In this document: piece after piece, positions 36,865 to 46,567 of the stretch
Numbering within the stretch: the first letter of the stretch is position 1
Layout: the number at the start of each line of letters is the position of its first letter
Assembly: GCA_016432485.1 (NCBI GenBank)
Contig: CP066691.1
Coordinates: forward strand, 11,348-75,347
Length of the DNA stretch: 64,000 nt
Direction of reading: 5' to 3'
Origin: Candidatus Niyogibacteria bacterium
Lineage (GTDB): Bacteria > Patescibacteriota > Minisyncoccia > HO2-45-28
Position numbers and translations under genes: made by a program
Notes under the pieces: generated by a model
Databases searched by the model: none
What the model saw: only the letters and a program-made list of their open reading frames with translations
Told to the model about the DNA's origin: nothing

Positions 36865-38292
36865 ATGTCAGAAAGGACACTAACCAAGGATATTCCAAAT
36901 AAAGTTGGTGAGATCGTAAAATTAATGGGCTGGGTTGATGTCAGACGCGACCATGGCAAGCTGATTTTTATTGATTTACGCGACCGCTGGGGCAAGGTTC
37001 AGATTGTTTTTAACCCTAAAGACGCCGAACTGCTGAAACTGGCCGACAAACTCCGCTCGGAGTGGGTGGTGGCTATTGAAGGCGAAGTTAAGGAAAGGCC
37101 TAAAGGAATGGAAAATCCCGAACTGCCAACGGGCAAAGTTGAAATTGAAGCAAAACGGCTTGAAATATTGTCTGAAGCCAAAACTCCGCCTTTTGACATT
37201 TCGGGCGCCGGTTTTGATGTCGGCGAAGATAATCGGCTGAAATATCGCTATCTGGATTTGCGAAGAGCGCGCTTGCAAAAAAATCTTTCTTTGAGGGCCG
37301 ATACAATTTCATTCATGCGCGAATATTTGCGCGGCTTTGATTTTACGGAAGTTGAAACGCCTATTTTAACCAAGTCCACTCCGGAAGGCGCGAGAGATTA
37401 TGTCGTGCCTTCGCGGCTGCAGCCAGGAAATTTTTACGCTCTTCCGCAGTCGCCCCAGCAGTATAAACAGCTTTTAATGGTCGCGGGGCTTGAAAGATAT
37501 TTTCAGATTGCCAGGGCTTTTCGCGATGAAGACACAAGAGGCGACAGACAGCCGGAATTTTCACAGCTTGATTTGGAAATGAGCTTTGTTTCCCCGGAAG
37601 ACGTGATGGGCGTTATAGAAGGTCTTTTTGTCAAACTTGTAGAAAAACTTTTTCCGGATAAAAGAATATCCAAAAAGCCATTCCCTTTAATCTCTTATAA
37701 AACGGCGAAAGAAATTTATAGAAGCGATAGGCCGGATTTGAGGGAAAATAAAGACGACCAAAACGAGCTTGCGTTTGCTTTTGTCGTTGATTTTCCTATG
37801 TTTGAAAAAGGGGAGGGCGGCGGCTGGGGAGCGACACATCATCCGTTTACTAAAATTCGCCGCGGCGAAAGTGGAGACGAAGGAGTTTTATCGGCGCTTA
37901 AGGGTCCGCTTGAAAACATTTTCTCGGAACAATACGATATTGTGTTAAACGGCAACGAAATTGGCGGGGGATCAATCAGAGAACATAAGCCAGAAATATT
38001 GGAGGCGGTTTTTATCGCTTTGGGGCATAAAAAAGCGGAGGTCAGAGAAAAATTCGGGCATCTGCTTGAGGCCTTTGAATACGGTGTTCCGCCTCACGGG
38101 GGGATAGCCATCGGTCTTGAACGGCTGATAATGATTTTGGCCGGCGAACCCAATATCCGAGAAGTAATCGCTTTCCCTAAAACAGGCGACGGCCGGGATT
38201 TGATGATGTCAGCACCGTCGGAATTGGATAAAAAACAGCTGGACGAGCTCGGGTTGAATATAAAAAGAAAGAAAAACAAGCGAAGCGTATAA
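36865..38292 (+). CDS. aspS: Aspartate--tRNA ligase (compact form lacking the bacterial GAD insertion)
   Basis: OB-fold N-terminal, class-II motif 2 FRDEDTRGDRQPEFSQLD, motif 3 GGIAIGLERLIMIL. Confidence 0.85.
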   Translation: MSERTLTKDIPNKVGEIVKLMGWVDVRRDHGKLIFIDLRDRWGKVQIVFNPKDAELLKLADKLRSEWVVAIEGEVKERPKGMENPELPTGKVEIEAKRLEILSEAKTPPFDISGAGFDVGEDNRLKYRYLDLRRARLQKNLSLRADTISFMREYLRGFDFTEVETPILTKSTPEGARDYVVPSRLQPGNFYALPQSPQQYKQLLMVAGLERYFQIARAFRDEDTRGDRQPEFSQLDLEMSFVSPEDVMGVIEGLFVKLVEKLFPDKRISKKPFPLISYKTAKEIYRSDRPDLRENKDDQNELAFAFVVDFPMFEKGEGGGWGATHHPFTKIRRGESGDEGVLSALKGPLENIFSEQYDIVLNGNEIGGGSIREHKPEILEAVFIALGHKKAEVREKFGHLLEAFEYGVPPHGGIAIGLERLIMILAGEPNIREVIAFPKTGDGRDLMMSAPSELDKKQLDELGLNIKRKKNKRSV

Positions 38293-38395
38293 AATTGGCG
38301 ACCTTGCGCGAGCGCAGTCCCGCACTGAACCGCAAGGTTCTAGTACGGGAGAAAAAATAGTTCCGTAGCTTTAGCGAAGGAGGATAAGAAGTGTC

Positions 38396-38746
38396 ATGGA
38401 GCGTAAGAACATGAAAACATTAAAATTTAGACACAATTTAGTTCAGAAAGTGTTGGATGGCAGTAAAACTGTTACATGGCGGCTTTTCGATGATAAGAAT
38501 ATACAAGTAGGAGATCAAATTGAGCTTATTGATTGGGAATCAGGAGGAAAGTTTGCCGAGGCGAAAATTACAGGAGTGCGAGAAAAAAAGCTGGGCGAGA
38601 TAGAGGAAAAAGATTTTGAAGGGCATGAAAAATATCAGAGCAATGAGGAAATGCTGGAGCATTACAAGAAATACTATGAGGAAAAGGTTGATATGAACAC
38701 AGAAGTTAAAATAATTGATTTTAAACTCCTGCGCGATAGTCAATAA
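38396..38746 (+). CDS. ASCH domain protein
   Basis: ASCH/PUA-like signature LVQKVLDGSKTVTWRL. Confidence 0.6.
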   Translation: MERKNMKTLKFRHNLVQKVLDGSKTVTWRLFDDKNIQVGDQIELIDWESGGKFAEAKITGVREKKLGEIEEKDFEGHEKYQSNEEMLEHYKKYYEEKVDMNTEVKIIDFKLLRDSQ

Positions 38747-38829
38747 GTAACAGAAGTGCCATGGGAGATGAGACAAGAAAAAAGGAGCCCCATCGAGCAG
38801 GGCTCCACGGGGCGAAGCTGAGATTACAA

Positions 38830-39111
38830 CTAGGCAACTAGAAGATCATTCACGACCTTGTCATAGAAAGACCGTGCCAGCTTCTGATCGTGAGCTATGG
38901 AGGAGTAATTGACTCCCGAGGCGTGAACTGAGACGAAAATCGTCCCACGATACTCCCTCATACCGACATAATGCTGGGAGTCAGGGGGCGCAACGATTTG
39001 AAATCCGTCGTTCGTCAACAGGGGTCGAGTGATTGCCTCGAGAATTTCGTCGTCCCACGGCTCGATCATAGACAGCGCAGACTCGTAAATGAAACGAACG
39101 ATTTTCTTCAC
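38830..39111 (-). CDS. Hypothetical protein (93 aa), part of GC-rich islet
   Basis: Clean ORF co-directional with 39156..39392. Composition differs from the flanking genes. Confidence 0.4.
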   Translation of the reverse strand: MKKIVRFIYESALSMIEPWDDEILEAITRPLLTNDGFQIVAPPDSQHYVGMREYRGTIFVSVHASGVNYSSIAHDQKLARSFYDKVVNDLLVA

Positions 39112-39155
39112 GCGACACCTCCTTTTAAAAGATTGGTTGAATCGATTAGAGATGC

Positions 39156-39392
39156 TCAGTTCTCGAAGCGTCGAACGAGTCCCTGGAGTTCCCCAGACGC
39201 CATGTGTACGAGCATCACAGCGCGAGACTTTTCATAACCCTGACTCATCAAGTCTTGAGCTGTCTGCATATGTGCTTTGGCGTCATGTGGCTTCCAGCCG
39301 GCATCCTGTAACATCAGGACCACGAGTTGGAACTCGTCCTCGTCGACTCGCAAGCTCGACACATCCCACTCCAATCTGATTTCTTTCGCCAT
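39156..39392 (-). CDS. Hypothetical protein (78 aa), first gene downstream of repeat-operator copy 1
   Basis: ORF start is 90 nt downstream (on the minus strand) of the 60-bp repeat carrying the 12-bp palindrome. Confidence 0.4.
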   Translation of the reverse strand: MAKEIRLEWDVSSLRVDEDEFQLVVLMLQDAGWKPHDAKAHMQTAQDLMSQGYEKSRAVMLVHMASGELQGLVRRFEN

Positions 39393-39486
39393 TGTTCACC
39401 CCCTGTCAGGTTTGATTTTACGGAATTTTAGTCTAGCGAAATGATAGCATATCTTGTATCAAAAGTCAAATTTTTGTACTGGAAGG

Positions 39487-39541
39487 GTACATTCAACTTT
39501 GAAGCGCAACATTTCTTGCAAAGGCGACGCCTTTGCAAGTC
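39487..39541. repeat. Copy 1 of a 55-60-bp direct repeat containing the perfect palindrome CTTGCAAAGGCG-A-CGCCTTTGCAAG (operator-like)
   Basis: GGTACATTCAACTTTGAAGCGCAACATTTCTTGCAAAGGCGACGCCTTTGCAAGT recurs at 40749-40803 with one mismatch. Both copies sit just upstream of minus-strand gene starts. Confidence 0.65.
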
Positions 39542-39638
39542 AAAAATATAAAAAGTGTCATGGGGCGCAGGGATGTACGAAAATGAAAAGTACCCACGCA
39601 TGGCGGGTACTACGGATTTTGGTGGCTTCCGAGACGGT

Positions 39639-39851
39639 TTAGTCGAAGAGGTAATCGAGTTCCGGGTGCGGTTCTCGAATACCGTTCATAACCATCTCAG
39701 TTTTGCCACACGAGAGACACCGCCAGAGGGCTTCGCTGTGCTCCCATGGAAATTGGTCACCGGGTGGATACTTCATCGAGCTCTCCAGCTCTTGGCATCC
39801 ACCACAGTGATGGCAATCCATGTGGTTTGCACCTTCATGTGGACGCGGCAT
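39639..39851 (-). CDS. Small Cys/His-rich zinc-ribbon protein (about 70 aa)
   Basis: CHHCGGC ... CLSCG. Strong RBS AGGAGG 6 nt upstream of the ATG at 39851 (the ORF track's 39857 is a GTG two codons upstream). Confidence 0.5.
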   Translation of the reverse strand: MPRPHEGANHMDCHHCGGCQELESSMKYPPGDQFPWEHSEALWRCLSCGKTEMVMNGIREPHPELDYLFD

Positions 39852-40129
39852 GGTCACCTCCTGTTAAGTTGTTAAGTTGGACTACTGCCTAAAGTATAGC
39901 ATGAAAGTATACGATTTGTCAAGTTTTTGCCCGCATGACATTTTCTATAAACCGACCGATTTGATAAGTTCGAAAATGGAAAAACGGCTTAAAATAAGCA
40001 AAATCCCCGCCTACGCCAAGGCTTCGGCGGGCAGGCCTGCGGTTGGTTATTAAAAAAGCAGAAGTGCTGTGCCCTTCCGTAGCTCGAAAAGCGGAGGAGG
40101 GTCATGGTGCGTAGAAAAAAGGCCAGCAA

Positions 40130-40633
40130 TTAAGATTGCCGGACCGAAGATTGAAGCTTTTTGAATTCCTCAATAGAGTAGGTGTCGTGTGTTTGAGGAT
40201 CATCTGGCGTGAAGAGAGTATTAGCAAGAACAATCAGTCCGCTGTCAGGTTGTAGGACTTCGTAAGTATGCAGAATATACGGGGGCATCCAGAGGCCATC
40301 CCCAATGTTAAGAGTATCTTCTCTAATGCTTCCGTGGACATCTTCGCATTTCCATAAAATCTGTCCGTTAAGACAAAAAACGATTTCTTCACGAATATGG
40401 TGAAATTCGGTTCCGCCTATTCTTCCGCAAGGCAAATTCATAACAGTGTATGAACGAAATCCTCGGATGTCACTTGGCACATGCGCAAGCTCGCTTGCGT
40501 CATAACGAAAGAACTGCTGAATGACTTTATTATACGGAAGAGCTAATAGTACCGTGAGTTTACCACCCGACTTGGTATCCCATGGTCCTCGAGGTGAAAA
40601 ACTCATCACATCACGGACTTTGCGATATGCCAT
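40130..40633 (-). CDS. Cupin-fold protein, FdtA/WxcM-like sugar 3,4-ketoisomerase domain
   Basis: GTEFHHIREEIVFCLNGQI...GLWMPPYILH...LIVLANTLFTPDDPQTHDTYSIEEF aligns with the FdtA blocks G.HAH...EQVLICLNGS...LYIPP.IWH...LLVLAS.YYDE.DY..DYDEF. Confidence 0.55.
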   Translation of the reverse strand: MAYRKVRDVMSFSPRGPWDTKSGGKLTVLLALPYNKVIQQFFRYDASELAHVPSDIRGFRSYTVMNLPCGRIGGTEFHHIREEIVFCLNGQILWKCEDVHGSIREDTLNIGDGLWMPPYILHTYEVLQPDSGLIVLANTLFTPDDPQTHDTYSIEEFKKLQSSVRQS

Positions 40634-40748
40634 ACTTAACTTACTCCCTGTAGTGTCTGGAATTCTGTAAAGTATTTTACATTATTGCCCACCGGTCGTC
40701 AAGGAATTAGGGTAATGTGCGCACACTTTTGGCGATTTTTCCTGACTG

Positions 40749-40803
40749 GTACATTCAACTTTGAAGCGCAACATTTCTTGCAAAAGCGACGCCTTTGCAA
40801 GTT
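40749..40803. repeat. Copy 2 of the operator-like direct repeat (palindrome variant CTTGCAAAAGCGACGCCTTTGCAAG)
   Basis: See copy 1. It lies upstream of the cupin gene start (40633, minus strand) and downstream of the terminator of the 40897..41379 gene. Confidence 0.65.
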
Positions 40804-40831
40804 ACAAGTCACCCACTACATAACCTTGGCA

Positions 40832-40880
40832 ATAAAAAAATCGCCACGGACCCGATGAATGTGGGGCCCGTGGCGGCGCT
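40832..40880 (-). terminator. Rho-independent terminator on the minus strand (cgccacgggcccc...gggtccgtggcg + TTTTTTT)
   Basis: The reverse complement reads gccgccacgggccccacattcatcgggtccgtggcgattttttta, directly after the stop of 40897..41379. Confidence 0.55.
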
Positions 40881-40896
40881 CGGATTTTTTGGTCTA

Positions 40897-41379
40897 TTAT
40901 TGATTCGTTGAACGTTGCAGGTGTTTGATATAGTTTTTGGTTTCAAACAGTCCTTCATATAACCCATATAAAAGTTCATATGCGGCTGTCAGGGCTAATT
41001 GGAATAAAATCATAACCGTATAATTGTTATAGTTAAAAGGGTTAGATATCAAGACGGGTATTGCAAATTCTAGATGCCACAGAAGTATCGCCAATAATCC
41101 TCCGAGTATCAAAGCAGATCCAATGCCGCCGGAAAAAGACATAAAGTAAATGTTGGAAGTTTTCATTCTGCTGTCGGGTTTTATCGCGACTTCGCCTATA
41201 TAGCCCGTAAATAGACCGGAGAAGATGCAAAGCCTTGTCTTTAAAATTTTCACATTGCATAGCCGCGCCGCAATCCAGTGCGCGCTTTCATGCAGTATAG
41301 TGGAAATAATGTGCCAAAACAAAAGACCGGAAACCATAAATAATATAGGAAAAAGTACTTCAACTATCAGCGGTCGCAT
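40897..41379 (-). CDS. Small polytopic membrane protein with HExxH motif (putative membrane-embedded zinc metallopeptidase, DUF3267/M50-like)
   Basis: Four to five TM helices. HESAHW lies within or adjacent to the first helix. Confidence 0.45.
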   Translation of the reverse strand: MRPLIVEVLFPILFMVSGLLFWHIISTILHESAHWIAARLCNVKILKTRLCIFSGLFTGYIGEVAIKPDSRMKTSNIYFMSFSGGIGSALILGGLLAILLWHLEFAIPVLISNPFNYNNYTVMILFQLALTAAYELLYGLYEGLFETKNYIKHLQRSTNQ

Positions 41380-41499
41380 ACTTTTTCTCCTTTTAAAGGT
41401 GCTCGGTTATTTCAGAATGCCGTTATAAATAATAGCATATCCGTTTTATCATGTCAAATTTTCCTTTTCTCGCGTATAAAAATATGATAAAGTTTTTTA

Positions 41500-42204
41500 A
41501 TGGCGTACAAAGTAAAAACTGAGAAATTTGAAGGACCGTTTGACGCGCTTTTAGACCTGATTGAAGAAAAGAAACTTTCAATCAGTGAAATTTCTTTGGC
41601 TCAAGTATGTGAGGACTATTTGAAGCATTTTAAAACCTTGGGTGATATTTCGCGCTCGGAAGCCGCCTCTTTTTTGGCCGTTGGAGCAACCCTGATGCTT
41701 ATAAAATCGCGGACACTCCTACCGGCTCTGGAACTTACGCCCGAGGAGGAAGAATCCATTGAGGAACTGGAAAATCGCCTGAAATTATTAAGAAAGTTCA
41801 GGTCCCTTGCCAGGAATATTCACGAATACGGCGCGAGAAACACTCCGCTTTTTTCGCGGGAGGCTTTCAGTGGCCATGAATTCGGTTTTTTGCCCCCTGA
41901 AAAAGTGACGATTTCGCTCCTTCAAAAGTTGGCCGGAAGAATAATTGATACCCTGCCTAAAACGGATTTGCTTCTTGAGCGCACATTGGTTAAAGTTATC
42001 ACTATTGAAGAAAAAACCCGCGAATTGATGGGGCGCATACAAAACCGTCTCTCCGGATCTCTTGAAAAGATTATTTCGGCCAAAGATAAAATTGAGCTGA
42101 TTGTCGGATTTCTGGCGCTTTTGGAATTAATCAAGCAGGGAATTTTCGAAATTGAGCAGAAAAGCCCTTTTGGCGAAGTGGAATTAAAAAAAGCACCCGT
42201 TTAA
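41500..42204 (+). CDS. scpA: Segregation and condensation protein A
   Basis: N terminus FEGPFDALLDLIEEKKLSISEISLAQV, typical of ScpA/kleisin. Confidence 0.8.
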   Translation: MAYKVKTEKFEGPFDALLDLIEEKKLSISEISLAQVCEDYLKHFKTLGDISRSEAASFLAVGATLMLIKSRTLLPALELTPEEEESIEELENRLKLLRKFRSLARNIHEYGARNTPLFSREAFSGHEFGFLPPEKVTISLLQKLAGRIIDTLPKTDLLLERTLVKVITIEEKTRELMGRIQNRLSGSLEKIISAKDKIELIVGFLALLELIKQGIFEIEQKSPFGEVELKKAPV

Positions 42205-42205
42205 A

Positions 42206-42748
42206 ATGAACAGTTTAACTAAAAGGATAGAAGCCATACTTTTTATTCACGGAGAACCCGTGGCGCTTGAAAGATTGGTTAAGATTTTGGGTATAGACAT
42301 CACCGAAATTCGTAAAGCCGCCGAAGAACTGGACCAGCGGCTGATTGATACGGCTTTGACTTTAGTCTGGAAAGGAAATGACCTTCAATTAGTTACGCGC
42401 CCCGCCTTATCAAAGGACGTTGAGGTTTTGGTTAAAGAGGAAATGTCCAAGGAAATAAGCCGCGCTTCGTCCGAGACGCTCGCGATTGCAGCCTATCGCG
42501 GCCCTTTGACCAGAGCTGAAATAGACTATATCCGCGGCGTTAATTCTTCCTACACCTTAAGAAATCTTTTGATCCGCGGACTGATAGAAAGAAAAACAAA
42601 CCCAAAAGACGCGCGGACGTATATATATCAGGTTTCAATTGATTTTCTTAAATTTCTTGGTCTTGCCAAATTAGAAGAATTGCCGGAATACGCCGGGTTT
42701 TCGGATAAGCTCGGACAATTTTTATCCGACAAGCCCAAAGAAAAATGA
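42206..42748 (+). CDS. scpB: Segregation and condensation protein B
   Basis: IEAILFIHGEPVALERL wHTH tandem. Position directly after scpA. Confidence 0.8.
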   Translation: MNSLTKRIEAILFIHGEPVALERLVKILGIDITEIRKAAEELDQRLIDTALTLVWKGNDLQLVTRPALSKDVEVLVKEEMSKEISRASSETLAIAAYRGPLTRAEIDYIRGVNSSYTLRNLLIRGLIERKTNPKDARTYIYQVSIDFLKFLGLAKLEELPEYAGFSDKLGQFLSDKPKEK

Positions 42749-43719
42749 TGCGATACGCGCTTTTTTTGCTTATATTGGTTTTGTTTGCCGGAGTCGGCGT
42801 CTCGCGGCCCGATATTAAAATCGCGCGGCCTGATGCGTATTTTTTTACCGCAAGTCCGTCCGCCGAAAAATATCCTCCGGAAATTGTTGATCCGTTTAAG
42901 GATTTAACCATTGAAGCCGAGTCAGCCGTTCTTTTGGATTTATCCGGCGATAAAATAATTTTCAAAAAAAATTCCGATTTTGAGCGGCCTTTGGCCAGTT
43001 TGACCAAGTTGGTTACGGCGGCTGTTTTTTATGATTTGGTTGAGGACATTTTATCTGCCGAAAACGCCGGTTTGCCGATCGGGCAGGAATCAGCCTCTAT
43101 TGTTATCCCCATAACTTCGGAAGCCGTAAAGCAGGAAGGCGATGATGGATTTTTGGTAAACGAATCTTTTCGGGCCGAGGATTTAGTGTCGGCGATGCTG
43201 GTCAGGTCTTCAAATGACGCGGCTTACGCTTTGTCTTCCTGGCTGCAGAAAAAATCCAATAAACCCGACTCCTTATGGTTTGTAAATGAAATGAATGTTT
43301 TTGTAAGCGGCATCGGTTTGCACCAAACTTATTTTTTAAATCCCACGGGGTTAGATGTTGACGATTATCTTGCGGGGGCCTATGGTACTGCCGAGGAAAT
43401 GGCCCGTCTTTTTTCGTGGCTGATAAAAAACAAGTTTGACATTATTTCCGCGACATCCGGGCCGCAGATCACCGTTTATTCCGTTCAAGGAAAGAAACAT
43501 ATTTTTGAATCAATCGCCGTCCCCGTAATGCCCATTCCCGAACTTATATCGGCCAAAACAGGCTATACTGAACTTGCGGGAGGAAACCTTGTTTTTGCTT
43601 TTGGCCTTGGAGTCGGGCGTCAGTTTATCGCAGTCGTTTTAGGGTCGTCTTATGAAGGAAGGTTTGAGGACGCCATGAAACTTTACGCGGCTGCCTCCCG
43701 ATACGTTAAAAATTTATGA
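42745..43719 (+). CDS. D-alanyl-D-alanine carboxypeptidase (S11 serine peptidase, DacA/PBP5-like)
   Basis: Signal anchor, SxxK (PLASLTKL), SxN (RSSNDAA), KTG (AKTGYT). Confidence 0.75.
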   Translation: MMRYALFLLILVLFAGVGVSRPDIKIARPDAYFFTASPSAEKYPPEIVDPFKDLTIEAESAVLLDLSGDKIIFKKNSDFERPLASLTKLVTAAVFYDLVEDILSAENAGLPIGQESASIVIPITSEAVKQEGDDGFLVNESFRAEDLVSAMLVRSSNDAAYALSSWLQKKSNKPDSLWFVNEMNVFVSGIGLHQTYFLNPTGLDVDDYLAGAYGTAEEMARLFSWLIKNKFDIISATSGPQITVYSVQGKKHIFESIAVPVMPIPELISAKTGYTELAGGNLVFAFGLGVGRQFIAVVLGSSYEGRFEDAMKLYAAASRYVKNL

Positions 43720-44774
43720 TTCTCAACGTTTTTAAAGTTTTCGGCCTTTCAATTATTGCTTTTTTTGTCGGCATTCTTCTTACGCCTATTTTTACCCGCT
43801 ATCTTTATAAATATAAAATGTGGCGTAAGGACGCGCGGCAGTTTGCCCCCGATGGTTCTCCGACGCCTATTTTCAGCGAATTGCATAAGGGGCGCGAAAC
43901 AAGCGTGCCGCGGCTTGGCGGAGTTTTAATTTGGTTTGTCCCCTTGGTGATAATTGCCGTAATTGGTTTCCTGTCTTCTTTTTTTCCGTCAAATTTTGTT
44001 TTGCACAAATTAAATTTTTTAAGCCGGGACCAGACTTGGCTGCCTCTTTTTACTTTAATCGCCGCGGCTCTAGTCGGGCTGGCTGACGATCTTCTGCAAA
44101 TTTTCGGAAGGGGAAAATATATAGCCGGCGGCATGCGTTTTTCAAGAAGGCTTGCCATGATAATTCTCATTGCCGCGGCAGGAGCCTGGTGGTTTTATTC
44201 TAAATTGGGAGTTGATTCGGTTTTTATTCCTTTTTTCGGAGATTTTTCTTTAGGACTTTTGTTCCCCTTATTTTTTGTTTTGGTTATGGTCGCCACTTTT
44301 TCGGGCGGAGTGATTGACGGGCTGGATGGATTAGCCGGCGGGGTGCTGGCCGCGGCGTTCTCGGCTTATGCCGGCATTGCTTTTTTCCAGAATCAAATTG
44401 ACCTTGCCGCATTTTCGGGGGTGATAATCGGCTCGCTCCTTGCCTTTTTGTGGTATAACATTCCGCCCGCCAGATTTTATATGGGTGAGTCGGGCATAAT
44501 GGGGCTTACTACGACTTTGACGGTGCTCGCATTTCTGACCGATTCGGTCTTGGTTTTGCCGATTATCGCTTTGCCGCTTGTTTTGGCATCAGCTTCCAGT
44601 TTGATCCAGCTTTTATCCAAAAAGTTTTTTGGGCGGAAAATTTTTAAAGTGGCGCCTTTGCATCATCATTTAGAAGCCATAGGCTGGCCGGCTTACAAAG
44701 TAACCATGCGTTTTTGGGTGGTGGCCGTGGTTTTTTCGGTGATAGGAATGGTTTTAACTTTGATTGGGCGTTAA
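43716..44774 (+). CDS. mraY: Phospho-N-acetylmuramoyl-pentapeptide transferase
   Basis: Ten TM segments, LADDLLQI (DDxxD), GLDGLAGG, APLHHHLE. Confidence 0.85.
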   Translation: MILNVFKVFGLSIIAFFVGILLTPIFTRYLYKYKMWRKDARQFAPDGSPTPIFSELHKGRETSVPRLGGVLIWFVPLVIIAVIGFLSSFFPSNFVLHKLNFLSRDQTWLPLFTLIAAALVGLADDLLQIFGRGKYIAGGMRFSRRLAMIILIAAAGAWWFYSKLGVDSVFIPFFGDFSLGLLFPLFFVLVMVATFSGGVIDGLDGLAGGVLAAAFSAYAGIAFFQNQIDLAAFSGVIIGSLLAFLWYNIPPARFYMGESGIMGLTTTLTVLAFLTDSVLVLPIIALPLVLASASSLIQLLSKKFFGRKIFKVAPLHHHLEAIGWPAYKVTMRFWVVAVVFSVIGMVLTLIGR

Positions 44775-44794
44775 GCTTTTAGGGGGAAACGTTT

Positions 44795-46480
44795 ATGTTT
44801 TGGAATAAGTATAAAAATTTTGTCCGTAAAGATATTGAACCGGATGAAATTTTTATGGACTCCGCGAATTTGCCGGGATTTGAACGCGGTCTTTTTGAGG
44901 GCCGTATTGAAGCCCCGCTTTCAAACAGGGTGCCTTATTCCGTTTTCGCCGTTTTTTTATTTGTGGCATTCGCGGCATTGGCGCTTTTGATTCGTCTTCA
45001 GGTAATTAATCATGACGCGTATTTAGCCAGAGCCGAGAATAACACTCTTACGCGCGTAAGACTTTCAGCCGAACGGGGGCTTATTTATGATCGGAATATG
45101 AATGAACTTGCCTGGAATTCTTCCGACGGCAGGGCTTACTGGAAAGATTCCGGGTTGGCGCATATTTTGGGCTATCTGGGATATCCGGATAAGATTTTGG
45201 CAGGTATTGATCCAAAATCCAGGGTAGGCAGAGGCGGCATTGAAGCGGTTTACGAAGAACTTTTGCGCGGAAAAGATGGCTCCAGGCTTATTGAAGAAAG
45301 CGCTGACGGCGATATTTTATCCCAGAGTGTTGAATTGGAACCGGTAAACGGAAAGAGCGTTGTTTTGACTATTGATGCCGAGATGCAGTCCAAATTTTTT
45401 TCCATCGTGGAGGAGGTGGTTAAAACCCGCGGTTTTCGCGCCGGAGCCGGCGCGGTTATAGACGTTCAAACCGGAGAGATTTTGGCGGCGGTAAGTTTTC
45501 CGGAATTTAGTTCCGAGGTTTTGTCGCAGAGTTCTTCCGAGGAAGAAATTATTTCTTATTTGAAAAGCGGCAGCCAGCCCTTTTTTTTCCGGGCGTTTGA
45601 AGGCCTTTACGCTCCCGGCTCTATTTTTAAAACCGTCGTCGCGTTGGCCGCGCTTAGTGAAAAAATTATAGATCCCGCGAAACAAATTTTTAGCGCCGGA
45701 AGCATATCCATACCCAACCCTTATTTTCCGGACCAATCCAGCACTTTTTATGATTGGAAGGCCCACGGTTGGGTTGATATGCGTCGGGCTCTGGCCGTTT
45801 CGTCAAACATTTATTTTTATACGGTTGGCGGCGGGTTCGGAAATCAGAATGGTCTGGGAGTAAAAAAAATAACGGACTACGCCTTAAGGATGGGGCTTGG
45901 GAAAAAGGTCGGCGTGGAACTTGCGGAGTCTGAAGGGTTTTTGCCGAGTCCTGAATGGAAAGAAAAAAACGACCCTTTGGATCCGGTCTGGCGCATAGGC
46001 GATACTTACAATTTAAGCATCGGCCAGGGGATGGTACAGGTTACGCCTCTGCAAATGGCCTCTGTTGTCGCGACCATATCCCGAGGCGGCGTAAGTTCGG
46101 ATATTCATCTGGTCAAAGGAACGATGCTGCGGGATAAATTTGATCCGATTAATTTGCAGCCGGATAAAAAAGCGGATATACCCGATGATGCATTTGAGAT
46201 TGTAAAAGAGGGGATGAAGCAGGCCGCTGAATATGGTACTGCCTCGGCCCTTTCCGGCTTGGGGGTGAAAGTCGGCGGCAAGACGGGGACAGCCGAGATA
46301 GGTTCGGAAAAAAAGAAAGTAAATTCATGGCTCCTCGGATTTATGCCGTATGATAATCCAAGAATGGCTGTGTCCATTGTCTTGGAAGCGGGAAACTCTC
46401 AAAATTTAGTTGGCGCTACGTACGCGGCCAGAGAGTTGATTTTATGGCTTGTGGAAAACAGGCCTGAATATTTGCGCTGA
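44795..46480 (+). CDS. Penicillin-binding protein 2/FtsI-family peptidoglycan D,D-transpeptidase
   Basis: N-terminal anchor, RGLIYDRNMNELA, SxxK SIFKTV, SxN SSNIYF, KTG KTGTAE. Confidence 0.8.
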   Translation: MFWNKYKNFVRKDIEPDEIFMDSANLPGFERGLFEGRIEAPLSNRVPYSVFAVFLFVAFAALALLIRLQVINHDAYLARAENNTLTRVRLSAERGLIYDRNMNELAWNSSDGRAYWKDSGLAHILGYLGYPDKILAGIDPKSRVGRGGIEAVYEELLRGKDGSRLIEESADGDILSQSVELEPVNGKSVVLTIDAEMQSKFFSIVEEVVKTRGFRAGAGAVIDVQTGEILAAVSFPEFSSEVLSQSSSEEEIISYLKSGSQPFFFRAFEGLYAPGSIFKTVVALAALSEKIIDPAKQIFSAGSISIPNPYFPDQSSTFYDWKAHGWVDMRRALAVSSNIYFYTVGGGFGNQNGLGVKKITDYALRMGLGKKVGVELAESEGFLPSPEWKEKNDPLDPVWRIGDTYNLSIGQGMVQVTPLQMASVVATISRGGVSSDIHLVKGTMLRDKFDPINLQPDKKADIPDDAFEIVKEGMKQAAEYGTASALSGLGVKVGGKTGTAEIGSEKKKVNSWLLGFMPYDNPRMAVSIVLEAGNSQNLVGATYAARELILWLVENRPEYLR

Positions 46481-46567
46481 TTATGTTATGCTTTTGGGGT
46501 TGACTTTCTTTTTAAAAAAGACTATACTTCTTTGATTGTTTAAGTCGCGATATAAAAATTTATTAAA

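Noticed and set aside
39454-39875. Plus-strand ORFs 39454..39642 and 39555..39875 in the islet
   Set aside because: The minus-strand 70-aa zinc-ribbon ORF has a strong AGGAGG RBS and conserved-looking Cys spacing. The plus-strand translations are Arg/Trp-rich and lack start-site signals.
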